Positions 1 to 8,505 of a DNA stretch of 64,000 bases are shown one piece after another (the stretch's first letter is position 1; each line of letters begins with the position of its first letter). This DNA is from Bdellovibrio sp. Its GTDB lineage: Bacteria; Bdellovibrionota; Bdellovibrionia; Bdellovibrionales; Bdellovibrionaceae. The stretch is from positions 1,504,001-1,568,000 of the forward strand of contig JAKFCY010000002.1 in assembly GCA_036676395.1 (NCBI GenBank), in the 5' to 3' direction. A program made the translations under genes and the position numbers. Below the pieces are notes generated by a model, which was not told the origin of the DNA, ran no database searches, and worked only from the letters and a program-made list of their open reading frames with translations.

Positions 1-306
1 GATTCTGAAAATAAGATAATTAATCAAACCAGCAATTGATATTGCGTATACAGTTGCAATGGCTTGTGATTTTCCATAGTCATTTGATTTTCTGATTTGT
101 CGATTAATTAGAATACAAATTGGAATAATCAAAAGTCGAACACATAGAAACTCAACAGAATTTTCTGCATAGAGCACTATATCCGCAAACCAAAAAACTA
201 AAAAAAGAGGAACAGCCATCCAATTTGAAATCAGCCGAACAATCGACTGAACTTCAGCATTGTGAACCTGATCTCTCTTTTTGAAGTAGTTCGAGTTTGT
301 AGTCAT
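1..306 (-). CDS. N-terminal part of a multi-pass membrane protein, probably the input domain of a sensor kinase or cyclase; runs off the window edge
   Basis: Not in the ORF track. Manual translation from ATG at 306: MTTNSNYFKKRDQVHNAEVQSIVRLISNWMAVPLFLVFWFADIVLYAENSVEFLCVRLLIIPICILI...AIATVYAISIAGLINILIFRI, open to position 1 with several hydrophobic helices. Starts 3 nt after the stop of 310..1779. Confidence 0.75.
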   Translation of the reverse strand, partial: MTTNSNYFKKRDQVHNAEVQSIVRLISNWMAVPLFLVFWFADIVLYAENSVEFLCVRLLIIPICILINRQIRKSNDYGKSQAIATVYAISIAGLINYLIFRI

Positions 307-309
307 TAA

Positions 310-1779
310 TTATTTTTTCGTCATTACTGCAAAAATATTAACTCCAAGAGGCTCTTGCTCAATAACACAAGTTTTACTTTGTGCTGTAAACATATTTTTC
401 AAATCTTCTTTAGAACGATAAATTAAAACCCAATCCAATACATACTCCATAAACGGAACACACGGATTCTCTTTACTAAAATTACCGATAATAACGTGAC
501 CATCTGGCTTAATTGCATTTAGCATTTGATTAGCAGTAGCTTGCGCAACTGGTTCTGTGAAGTAATCAAATAGACCTGCTGAATAAATTAAATCATAATC
601 TTTTTCTTCTATGCCTTTTCCAATAATATTTCTAATAGCTAAATTTTCATATCTGAATTTGAAACCGGATTGAACCTGTCGATCAATAGTTAACATTTGA
701 CGTTGAGCATGCTTTAATGACTCTTCATCTTGATCAATGCAGTGAAATTCAATATTTAAGCCATGAAATTCTGGATTATTTCTTACAAATAATTGCTGTT
801 CCATCGCTGGACCACTGGCTATTGAAAGAATTTTTATTTTCTTTCCAGAACCCTTAGTTTTTACAACTTCTTTAATTTTTTGCTCTAAGTACGCACCACG
901 ATTTTTAACTGCATTGCCCGCTGGTTCATCAATAAAATATTTATGCATGCATTGATCGAATAATGTCGCGCCAACCATTTCATTGCGGTAAAGATGATTC
1001 ATCATCTCATAATCACCAGCATACCCTCTTGGCTTATTATAAGCTCTACTTGCGAATGGAGCACCATAAACGAACTGTCCTATTTCTTTTCTAATAAAAC
1101 CAGTGCAGATATCATTATCTTCTTTGCTCAAATTCTTTAAATAAACAGGAATATCTTTGTAAACTGCCGGCAAGAACTTTCCTAAATAATCAGACATAGT
1201 ATCGGCTATAGTAAGTCGATATTCTTCATTAGCCTTAGCATCATCCAGTGGTGCAGATTTTTCCAAATTGTCGATCTGTTGCTTTAAATTCAAAAACCAA
1301 TTTTTTAGATCGTAAACAGCCATGCGAAATTTTTCTGGAATTTTTAACGAAGTCATCGTTAGAGTTTCTTGATTGGCAATAATCAGAGAAGCTTCGTTGA
1401 TAGCCTGACATCTTTCTACTTTGAATGGCTCACCTAATGTTTCAAGACCCACTTCATAGCGACCCTCTGCAACTTTGTCGTTACGAATCGGCTTCAATGC
1501 AACAGTTTGAGTTTCTACATTCTTATAAACTAATTTAAATAAATTGGTTACAGAACTTTCCATATATTTACTAAGGTTTTGCGCAGATGCTTCATCTACT
1601 AATACACCACAGCCAAATGAACTTAAATTTGTGACTTCGTAAGACTGATTATTGTGAACGATAAAACATTCTTTCGGATCAACAAACCATCTGTCCTGAC
1701 GGATAATTTTTTTTCTATTGGCGATCTGTTGATCTAGGACTAAAAAGCCTTCTTGTTGTAGTTTGACATTTTGACTCAT
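310..1779 (-). CDS. Class I SAM-dependent methyltransferase, PhcB-like (3-OH fatty acid methyl ester signal synthase family), with a degenerate PilZ-like N-terminus
   Basis: Motifs KPRGYAGDYEMMNHLY, ILSIASGPAME (SAM-binding), IDQD, YDLIYSAGLFDY, GNF and LDWVLIYRS. N-terminal NLSSFG resembles the PilZ (D/N)xSxxG motif. RBS GGAGG upstream. Confidence 0.7.
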   Translation of the reverse strand: MSQNVKLQQEGFLVLDQQIANRKKIIRQDRWFVDPKECFIVHNNQSYEVTNLSSFGCGVLVDEASAQNLSKYMESSVTNLFKLVYKNVETQTVALKPIRNDKVAEGRYEVGLETLGEPFKVERCQAINEASLIIANQETLTMTSLKIPEKFRMAVYDLKNWFLNLKQQIDNLEKSAPLDDAKANEEYRLTIADTMSDYLGKFLPAVYKDIPVYLKNLSKEDNDICTGFIRKEIGQFVYGAPFASRAYNKPRGYAGDYEMMNHLYRNEMVGATLFDQCMHKYFIDEPAGNAVKNRGAYLEQKIKEVVKTKGSGKKIKILSIASGPAMEQQLFVRNNPEFHGLNIEFHCIDQDEESLKHAQRQMLTIDRQVQSGFKFRYENLAIRNIIGKGIEEKDYDLIYSAGLFDYFTEPVAQATANQMLNAIKPDGHVIIGNFSKENPCVPFMEYVLDWVLIYRSKEDLKNMFTAQSKTCVIEQEPLGVNIFAVMTKK

Positions 1780-1907
1780 GATGCCTCCGCAATCTGCTGT
1801 TCTTTATCGAGATTTAATTCATCGAATTCAATAGGGCGAAAGTCTAGAGATATGCAAAACCCATAACATGATTAGGTTTCGTGTTCCAATTAGCTGCAGA
1901 ACAAAGA

Positions 1908-1943
1908 CCGTAACATGTGCCTTTGGCAGACAGCACTTCGCGC
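1908..1943 (-). pseudogene. Short relic of a diverged radical SAM/SPASM gene copy
   Basis: 29/36 nt identical to 4251-4286. Translates REVLSAKGTCYG versus REVLSTKGTCYG. Six of seven differences are at third codon positions. Confidence 0.6.
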
Positions 1944-2173
1944 ACATCCTGCATTCTCGCTTACACTCCCAACTGATCATAAGTTTTAAATAGGAGATCT
2001 CATCCCGGACTATAGCATTGTGCGGATTTGAGACTCAACATTACAAATCGATTTGATAACAGACCTGGCCACAACAGCAGCCTGAGCACCTTAAGTTACT
2101 TTGCTAGTCTTTTGATATGATAAAAATTTAATTTCAAAACTTCTAGGTATTTCTAATAAAGCAATTAATTGTT

Positions 2174-3889
2174 TTATTTTTTTCGTCCGAACCGTATCAA
2201 AATAGTCGTGCCTTTACCCGGTTCACTATCTATCGATAGTTCTCCTACATTATTTTGTACAAAAGACTTAGCATGAAACAATCCCAAGCCCGATCCTGCT
2301 TTAAGCTTATCTGCTTTACCAAAAGTATATCCACGTCTACCTAGTTGGTTTATTATATCCGCAGATATACCTATACCATTATCCGTAATCTTTATACTAA
2401 GCCCGTTGCTTACATATTCAATTTTAATTTCAATGCTAGGGCTAGATACGCTTTCAACAGCCTCAATTGAATTGTTAATAATATTGGACAACATTCGAAC
2501 AAATTCTACTTCATCCATTTCAAGACTAAGTTTGCCATTAGTCATGTCCACAAAATGAAAATGTATTGCCCTACTTTTTGAGAACTCTATCTTTTTTTCT
2601 TCTATTAAGCGATTAAGTACCGATGAAATCAAAAATTCATGCGTACCTGAATACATACTATTTTTATCCAACAAACTATTCGCTATTCCCGTAATTCGCG
2701 CAGAGGCTTGCATTATCAATTCCGATTTTTCTCCTGATGGATCTTTTGCCAAAGTCGGCACCAGCATGGTTAATACTGACAATGGAGATTTAATATCATG
2801 GGCAATTTGTTCTAAAATATGCTTACGTTCGAGTTCTTTCATAAGCAATTCTTTTTCTTCGTAAATTGCTTTGATATTTTCGTTAACAATAGCTGCCATG
2901 TGAAAAAATACAAATACTGCAGCTAGAGGCACAAGCATGTAGCCATCTATAATGCCAAATATATTTAATAAGTCATTAAATGCAGTAAATACAAAAAATA
3001 ACCCCGAAAAAAACTCTAGATAATTCATCTTTGATGTCTGGATTTTTCGGCCTATCTTAAAAAGAAAGCGTGTAAAAATTAAAATCGCTATCGGCATTGG
3101 GAACATAGTCCCAAATTGCACGACATCTGGCGACGTACCAAAACACAAGAATAAAAAAGCGATAATTAAAAAACCAAGATATACTTGAAATAATCGATTA
3201 CTAATATATTTTCTATCTTTGAAAAAATAAAAATAAGCCGTCGCCCCGATCCAAAGGCATACATCAGCCGTTTTATGTGCATGAAGCATACTCAACTGAA
3301 TTTGGAATCGATTATTAACAACCAAAATAGAATATCCAATAAAAGCAAGACCACCCAAGATCAAAACTACCAAGTATTTCTGATGAATCTTTCCTGCAAA
3401 TAAAAATATTGCTAAACACAAAAGTATAGCAATATTTACTACAATTGCTATATTTAGGTAAACGTCGAAAAAACTATTAATGGCCGCTTGCGTGCCAGAT
3501 TTTAAATTTGGAAATGATTTGTTTTTAGCAAAAAATTGAGAGTATGAAACTACTGTCCATTTGATTGATTGAATATTTTTAAGATACTTACAATCTAAAC
3601 TAGGTCGTTCATAAAAAGCTGAAGCAACCTTAAAGGACGCATCACCAGTTTCAATTACAAGTCGATCATCGAGCCAAATACTATGAACGCCATGAATCAC
3701 TTGCGGAAAAACAATACTCAAATCATCATTACATAATTTAGAAATTGAATCAGAGGTAGCAGAGTAAACCCAGGAATTATTTTCATGTACCCATTGTTTT
3801 TGCACAGTCCATTGAGCTGAAGCCGACATATCAGTCGCTGCGAAAAAACTCGAAAGCCCAACAAGAATTGAAACTGCTAACTCAAGCAT
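2174..3889 (-). CDS. Membrane sensor histidine kinase (extracytoplasmic domain, about 7 TM helices, HisKA, HATPase_c)
   Basis: H-box AHDIKSPL, N-box NIINNSIEA, G1 DNGIG, G2 GSGLGL, GKGTT; multiple hydrophobic helices; no receiver domain. Confidence 0.9.
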   Translation of the reverse strand: MLELAVSILVGLSSFFAATDMSASAQWTVQKQWVHENNSWVYSATSDSISKLCNDDLSIVFPQVIHGVHSIWLDDRLVIETGDASFKVASAFYERPSLDCKYLKNIQSIKWTVVSYSQFFAKNKSFPNLKSGTQAAINSFFDVYLNIAIVVNIAILLCLAIFLFAGKIHQKYLVVLILGGLAFIGYSILVVNNRFQIQLSMLHAHKTADVCLWIGATAYFYFFKDRKYISNRLFQVYLGFLIIAFLFLCFGTSPDVVQFGTMFPMPIAILIFTRFLFKIGRKIQTSKMNYLEFFSGLFFVFTAFNDLLNIFGIIDGYMLVPLAAVFVFFHMAAIVNENIKAIYEEKELLMKELERKHILEQIAHDIKSPLSVLTMLVPTLAKDPSGEKSELIMQASARITGIANSLLDKNSMYSGTHEFLISSVLNRLIEEKKIEFSKSRAIHFHFVDMTNGKLSLEMDEVEFVRMLSNIINNSIEAVESVSSPSIEIKIEYVSNGLSIKITDNGIGISADIINQLGRRGYTFGKADKLKAGSGLGLFHAKSFVQNNVGELSIDSEPGKGTTILIRFGRKK

Positions 3890-4030
3890 ATCATTTTAAA
3901 TCTATTTTTAAATAAAGAGCTCTTATTGCCACAACATACACTCGATTAGTTTAGCAAAAAAAACAATTAAGATTTACCAATAAATTGTTTAGTTCACGAC
4001 CAACATCCAAGGTCAATTCATACCTTATAA

Positions 4031-4900
4031 TTACGATCCAAACCGCTCCACATACTGACATTTCTGACAAAGCTCTTCCAACAGCTCCCCACGCTCAAAA
4101 CCTGTTTTAATTTTTTGGGCGCGCTCTGTTTTCATGATGTCTTTCAAAGAAGCTCCATCAGCCACAGAACCCAACTTAAGCAATGCTTCTTTATCCAAAC
4201 AGCACGGCACCACGTCGCCATTAGCATGAATAGCTAACTGTTTTCTCATGCCGTAACAAGTACCCTTAGTAGATAGCACTTCACGCTTTAATGTAGGCCA
4301 TTCGAATTCAGTATCAAAGTGAAGATATAACTTATCTTTAACCTTCTTAGATTTCTGCACACGCACGTCAACATTTTCGTTTAAGCTCACTCCGAAACGC
4401 TTCTCGACTAAATCATAAACTTGCAGGTTTTGATCTAACTGTGCGTTTACAGAAGCTAAATTCCAAAGACGCAGATTAATATAATAAGAATTTTTCTTTT
4501 CCAAAGACTGTTCGCAAAAGTCTAAGATCGGAGATAAGTACTGCTCTAAGGTCTGGCGCGAAGTATTGGCAAAATATGAGTGCACAGAAAAATTAATTTG
4601 TTCTAAATGTTTCCAATTTAAAATCGTATCGATGTGGCGTTTGATCAAAGTGCCATTCGTTGTTAAGAAAATTTTTAATTCTAACTCATCACAGACTTTA
4701 ACAATTTCAGCGAACTGGGCGTGACCTAAGGGTTCTCCCATTAAATGCAGGCAAACTTGTTTCGCCAAAGGCTTTGCCTGGATAGCATAGTTACGAAAAT
4801 TTTCGACAGAAATCACTTTTTTTTCGCGCACGACTTCAGGGCAGAAGCTGCACTGTAAATTACAAATATTACTGATTTCTATATAGATACGCTCGAACAT
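4031..4900 (-). CDS. Radical SAM protein with SPASM/twitch domain
   Basis: CNLQCSFC (CxxxCxxC), MGEP, TTNGTL; C-terminal C...GDVVPCC...CQKC. Confidence 0.9.
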   Translation of the reverse strand: MFERIYIEISNICNLQCSFCPEVVREKKVISVENFRNYAIQAKPLAKQVCLHLMGEPLGHAQFAEIVKVCDELELKIFLTTNGTLIKRHIDTILNWKHLEQINFSVHSYFANTSRQTLEQYLSPILDFCEQSLEKKNSYYINLRLWNLASVNAQLDQNLQVYDLVEKRFGVSLNENVDVRVQKSKKVKDKLYLHFDTEFEWPTLKREVLSTKGTCYGMRKQLAIHANGDVVPCCLDKEALLKLGSVADGASLKDIMKTERAQKIKTGFERGELLEELCQKCQYVERFGS

Positions 4901-5015
4901 GAGGCCCAGAAATTAGTCTAAGTTACTGCCCATGATCAATCTATTTATCGGTGACTAACAAATAAACAGAGTCGCTCAAACCATCTCGGATATAGAGTAG
5001 CTTGCACCTGAAGAT

Positions 5016-5033
5016 TTGGCCCTGGGCCTGCAA
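5016..5033 (+). promoter_or_regulatory. Putative sigma54 (-24/-12) promoter for 5056..6210
   Basis: TTGGCCCTGGGCCTGCAA has GG-N10-GC spacing (GG 5018-5019, GC 5030-5031), about 25 nt before the ATG. Confidence 0.5.
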
Positions 5034-5055
5034 TTAAATGCGGTAGAGGTAACAA

Positions 5056-6210
5056 ATGCTTAAGCGTATCACAATGAGACAATGCCTTTTAATTTTAGTG
5101 ATCTTTCTAACTGCTGGCTTAAATGCGTTTGCGGGCGACTCTGAAGTGCAAATTTCTGAGCAACTTGATATTAATCCAAACGACTATGTTGTCGAAAGCC
5201 CGGCTGAAGTTAATTCTAAAATTAAAGCCACTGCGCACAAGGATAAAAATAACTATTCTGTAAAAGTTGATTTACCAAATTCATCATTTGTTATCGCGCA
5301 CCCAACTGCAGAACAAATGGAATTTTATCGCGATTTATCTGACGCCGATAAAGTTAAATTTCACGAAAAAAGAATGATCGGATTAAATACTTTAGCCAAA
5401 GCACTTACATCGATCAAAAAAGGTTTAGGTATTGGTTCATACGTTAAAGACAAAGTGATGTTCTGGAAACACAAGCAAGGCCAAGTCAGCATGACTGAAC
5501 GTGGTGACCATGTTGTTGAAGGCATTCTTCGTTCATTTGATGCTAAAGCTTGGGAATCAGCACCGATCTTTGCCGACTTAAAAGAAATTGGCTTTACCGG
5601 TACAGGTCAAATCGTAGCCGCTCTTGGAACTAACAAGCGTATTGATATTCACAAAGAAATCGCGCATAAAAAAATTGATGTTGTGGTTCCAGAAGTTAAA
5701 TCCGGTGGAGCTATCGGTATTGGATTTACGGTCGGGGTAAATTTCGAACAAAGATCAGTCGTATTTCAATTATTCAACGCCAACGAACAGCTTAAAGAAG
5801 TTTACTTGCCGTTATTTTATTTGGCCGGAAACGTAAAAGCCGGAATGTATCTTTCAAGCTCTACGCAAAAACTTTATAGCTCACAAAAAGGCGAGGGCTT
5901 CTACCCGTTTGCAGCCCCGGGGTATTCAGAATCTGCACCTGGCAAAAAATCATTTGGCGGAACAATGGCTTTTGGTATCCCGACTTCGCCGATCGACGCC
6001 GGTCTTACTTTTAAAACAAACATGCAAGAGCAAAGCTATTTAAAAATTCGTATCTCGCCATTTACTTGGAAGTTTATCGGAATAAGTGTAAAAAACCCGA
6101 TGGGAATTATTAAAATCGCGGTTAAAAATATACCAGCACTATTTCTTGAATTTAAAAAAATTTATCAACAGTTCTATTATGCAAGATCTTGTAAAGGTTT
6201 GTATATCTAG
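5056..6210 (+). CDS. Exported hypothetical protein
   Basis: 384-aa ORF with a signal peptide ending AFA and RBS AGAGG. Gly/aromatic-rich, beta-strand-like C-terminal half; ends ARSCKGLYI. Confidence 0.8.
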   Translation: MLKRITMRQCLLILVIFLTAGLNAFAGDSEVQISEQLDINPNDYVVESPAEVNSKIKATAHKDKNNYSVKVDLPNSSFVIAHPTAEQMEFYRDLSDADKVKFHEKRMIGLNTLAKALTSIKKGLGIGSYVKDKVMFWKHKQGQVSMTERGDHVVEGILRSFDAKAWESAPIFADLKEIGFTGTGQIVAALGTNKRIDIHKEIAHKKIDVVVPEVKSGGAIGIGFTVGVNFEQRSVVFQLFNANEQLKEVYLPLFYLAGNVKAGMYLSSSTQKLYSSQKGEGFYPFAAPGYSESAPGKKSFGGTMAFGIPTSPIDAGLTFKTNMQEQSYLKIRISPFTWKFIGISVKNPMGIIKIAVKNIPALFLEFKKIYQQFYYARSCKGLYI

Positions 6211-6986
6211 CCCTTAGTAAGCGGAAAAAACGAGACCATAAGTTCATACACATGGTCTTTGTTTTGGCTTTTCTTTTCTAACTCATCAGCGAGGGTGCGG
6301 GTAAACTGCGTGATTTTTTTCTTGGCCTCATCCACTAATGTAGAATCAATCGCTACGGTTAAGGTCATATTTGCTCTTTGTGAATTTGGAATATCATGCA
6401 TAGCCTGCATAGCTTTAGCACCAAACTGCGTAATCGATTGTCTTAAGGCCGTGATATAAGATGCATGATCATCTGAAACAATTCTTAATCCAGGTGTTCC
6501 ATTGCCAGATTTTACTAATTGACCACCTTCAGTTTTATTCAAAAAACCAAGAGTTATTAATCTTTCAACGGCTAATTTTGCTTCGTCGACACTGATTCCA
6601 AGTTTGGTGCTGATCCAAGCAGCCTCTGGCTGAAAATCCGCAAGCAAAGTTAATTCGACGATGGTGATATTGTACCAATTTTGAATTAATTTAAATTCTT
6701 CGTGATGAACTTTTACATCTTGCATGCTCTCAAAATGTTTTATGCCATCAGAGCTTTTTACATATTCGCGGTAAGAAATTAACTCAGGTTCGACAAGCCC
6801 CACAGAAGGCGCTAAGCGATCTAACATTTTTAAAGTGATCGGAACCTTTTTTCGAAGAATTTTAGATAATAGAGATGGTTCGATATTAAGATCACGGGCA
6901 AAAGCCCGTAAAGAGTAACTTGAATTTGTGGATTGTCGTCTTAATAACTCGCTATTCAGAAATGTCGAAAAATTAGCATCATGCAT
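6207..6986 (-). CDS. TIGR02147/DUF4423-family HTH protein
   Basis: N-terminal YSLRAFARDL HTH, WYxxxIxEL, WISxKLGIS, and C-terminal VYELxxSFFPLT typical of the family. Confidence 0.8.
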   Translation of the reverse strand: MHDANFSTFLNSELLRRQSTNSSYSLRAFARDLNIEPSLLSKILRKKVPITLKMLDRLAPSVGLVEPELISYREYVKSSDGIKHFESMQDVKVHHEEFKLIQNWYNITIVELTLLADFQPEAAWISTKLGISVDEAKLAVERLITLGFLNKTEGGQLVKSGNGTPGLRIVSDDHASYITALRQSITQFGAKAMQAMHDIPNSQRANMTLTVAIDSTLVDEAKKKITQFTRTLADELEKKSQNKDHVYELMVSFFPLTKG

Positions 6987-7152
6987 AAAACAACTATATT
7001 AAATTAGATTTTATTCAAACAAGCTAATTCTTGTGTCGAAATCAAAAAACACACGGTTTTAAGACCATTTAGTGTTCCAAAATCCTTTTCCTGCTTTTTG
7101 GCGTTGGAACGCTAACCGCAGTAACCCTTCGTAACCGAAAGCATCCGTTGAC

Positions 7153-8088
7153 CTAAACCTTCTTCAAATAACTCGCATTACTTTTCACTGGTCGCGACTT
7201 TAAATACTGCCCCGTCGTCGCAAGCGACGCATGCCCAAGAGTAGTTTGCACGACATGAATATCAGCTCCGTTTTCCAAAGCATGAATCGCCGAAGTGTGC
7301 CTGAACCAATGGGGTGATGGGGTTTTTCCGCCCGGCACCTTAATGCCTCCGAGTAAAGTCGCTTTTTTCACGATCTTGAAGATCGTAATTCGCGAAAGCG
7401 GAGCCCCTTCATAATTAAAGATGTAAGCATTAGGTTCTAACTGCGTTTTTTTAATGTACTTTTTAATCTCTTTCCATAAATACGTGCCCGTTAAAACCGT
7501 ACGTATCTTACTCCCCTTGCCAATCACTGTTAGATAAGCGCCTTGAGTATTACGCTTTTGCGTTGAAACCGAAAAGTCTTTAACCTTTATAGTTGATAGT
7601 TCACTTACCCGCAGGCCGGTGAAATACAAAATCTGCAGAATCAAGCGGTCGCGAGGGCTTTGAACTTTCTGAGTCATACGCTTGATCTGTTCGATGGATA
7701 GAACTTTATAATGAAAACTTTCAGTGACTTTTTCTTGTCTGACGACCTTAACTGGACTGCGCGGAATGTAGCCGACGTTTTCTAGATACTGAAATAGCGA
7801 AGATAAACAATTACGATGTAAATTACGTGTTGAAGCAGAGACCTTATCTTTCTTGCGCAGATATAACGTCACCAAAGCCGGCGTGATCTGTTTTAATCCT
7901 AAATGCCAATTGAATGTTAAAAAGTCTCTAATAATGCGCACATAGGTCTTTTTCGTGCGTTCTGAGAAATGGCCTTGATTTAACCACGCCCAAATCTGAA
8001 TTGATTCTTCAGACTGCAAATAGGTCGATAACTGCGATTTATCCGAGAAAAAATTGTTATCATTTAAAACGACTAAGCCCTGCTTCAT
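7153..8088 (-). CDS. Tyrosine recombinase, XerC/XerD-like
   Basis: Complete catalytic set: TGLRVSEL (R), GKGSK (K), PHWFRH (HxxR), LGHAS (H), TGQY (Y); 311 aa with an N-terminal core-binding domain. Confidence 0.93.
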   Translation of the reverse strand: MKQGLVVLNDNNFFSDKSQLSTYLQSEESIQIWAWLNQGHFSERTKKTYVRIIRDFLTFNWHLGLKQITPALVTLYLRKKDKVSASTRNLHRNCLSSLFQYLENVGYIPRSPVKVVRQEKVTESFHYKVLSIEQIKRMTQKVQSPRDRLILQILYFTGLRVSELSTIKVKDFSVSTQKRNTQGAYLTVIGKGSKIRTVLTGTYLWKEIKKYIKKTQLEPNAYIFNYEGAPLSRITIFKIVKKATLLGGIKVPGGKTPSPHWFRHTSAIHALENGADIHVVQTTLGHASLATTGQYLKSRPVKSNASYLKKV

Positions 8089-8375
8089 TGAAAATCCATT
8101 TCTAATGATAAGATTTGGTAATTAACTTCGGGTTTAACGCGGTTACGCCCATCTGATTTGGTCTTTTTCAAACTCACCAACCCCTTTTGCGCCAGAAAAT
8201 TGACCTCTTTTTGAATGTAAGGCTGAGACTTTTGCAGCGTGTTTGCGAGCTCATAAACCGACTCTGGCTTTAAGCTTTTTATCTGCCAAAGCAGCTCTAG
8301 GCGCTGCTTTGAAAGCCCTGCGAATAAATCGATAAAATCCTGCATTTTCTTGACCTTAATCAACATTTTTTTCAT
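8085..8375 (-). CDS. Winged-helix DNA-binding protein (HVO_A0114/MarR-like)
   Basis: RLELL..IK..KPESVYELA..L pattern; ATGA overlap with the recombinase start. Confidence 0.75.
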   Translation of the reverse strand: MKKMLIKVKKMQDFIDLFAGLSKQRLELLWQIKSLKPESVYELANTLQKSQPYIQKEVNFLAQKGLVSLKKTKSDGRNRVKPEVNYQILSLEMDFQ

Positions 8376-8382
8376 ATACTTA

Positions 8383-8410
8383 ATTTTATCATATATTACT
8401 TAAAATGCAA
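8383..8410 (-). promoter_or_regulatory. Putative sigma70 promoter of the wHTH-recombinase operon
   Basis: TTGCAT-N16-TAAAAT with a TGn extended -10; the -10 box ends 7 nt before the ATG at 8375. Confidence 0.5.
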
Positions 8411-8412
8411 TA

Positions 8413-8440
8413 CGTTAACAAAACTAAACTTATGTTAACC
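8413..8440. other. dif-like tyrosine recombinase site (11-6-11)
   Basis: CGTTAACAAAA-CTAAAC-TTATGTTAACC. The arms are 9/11 inverted repeats. The right arm matches the E. coli XerD arm TTATGTTAAAT at 9/11. About 330 bp upstream of the recombinase start. Confidence 0.7.
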
Positions 8441-8505
8441 ATTGATTTTTTGAATTTGGATTTTAAGGCTTGATTTTAAAGTGGAAGTTTTGGAAGATTA
8501 GACCC

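Noticed and set aside
1825..1900. Possible c-di-GMP riboswitch (GCGAAAG...GCAAAACC) upstream of the methyltransferase
   Set aside because: The motif is on the strand opposite the gene and I could not build the two-stem consensus. An Rfam scan would be needed.
1844..1954. 36-aa ORF MQDVREVLSAKGTCYGLCSAANWNTKPNHVMGFAYL (minus strand) as a RiPP precursor for the radical SAM/SPASM enzyme
   Set aside because: Its core is a copy of the enzyme's own sequence, so it is better explained as a gene relic. No transporter, peptidase or RRE domain is nearby.
7153..8088. Recombinase as an integron integrase or prophage integrase
   Set aside because: There is no IntI-specific insertion, attC array, arm-binding domain or phage structural gene in the window.
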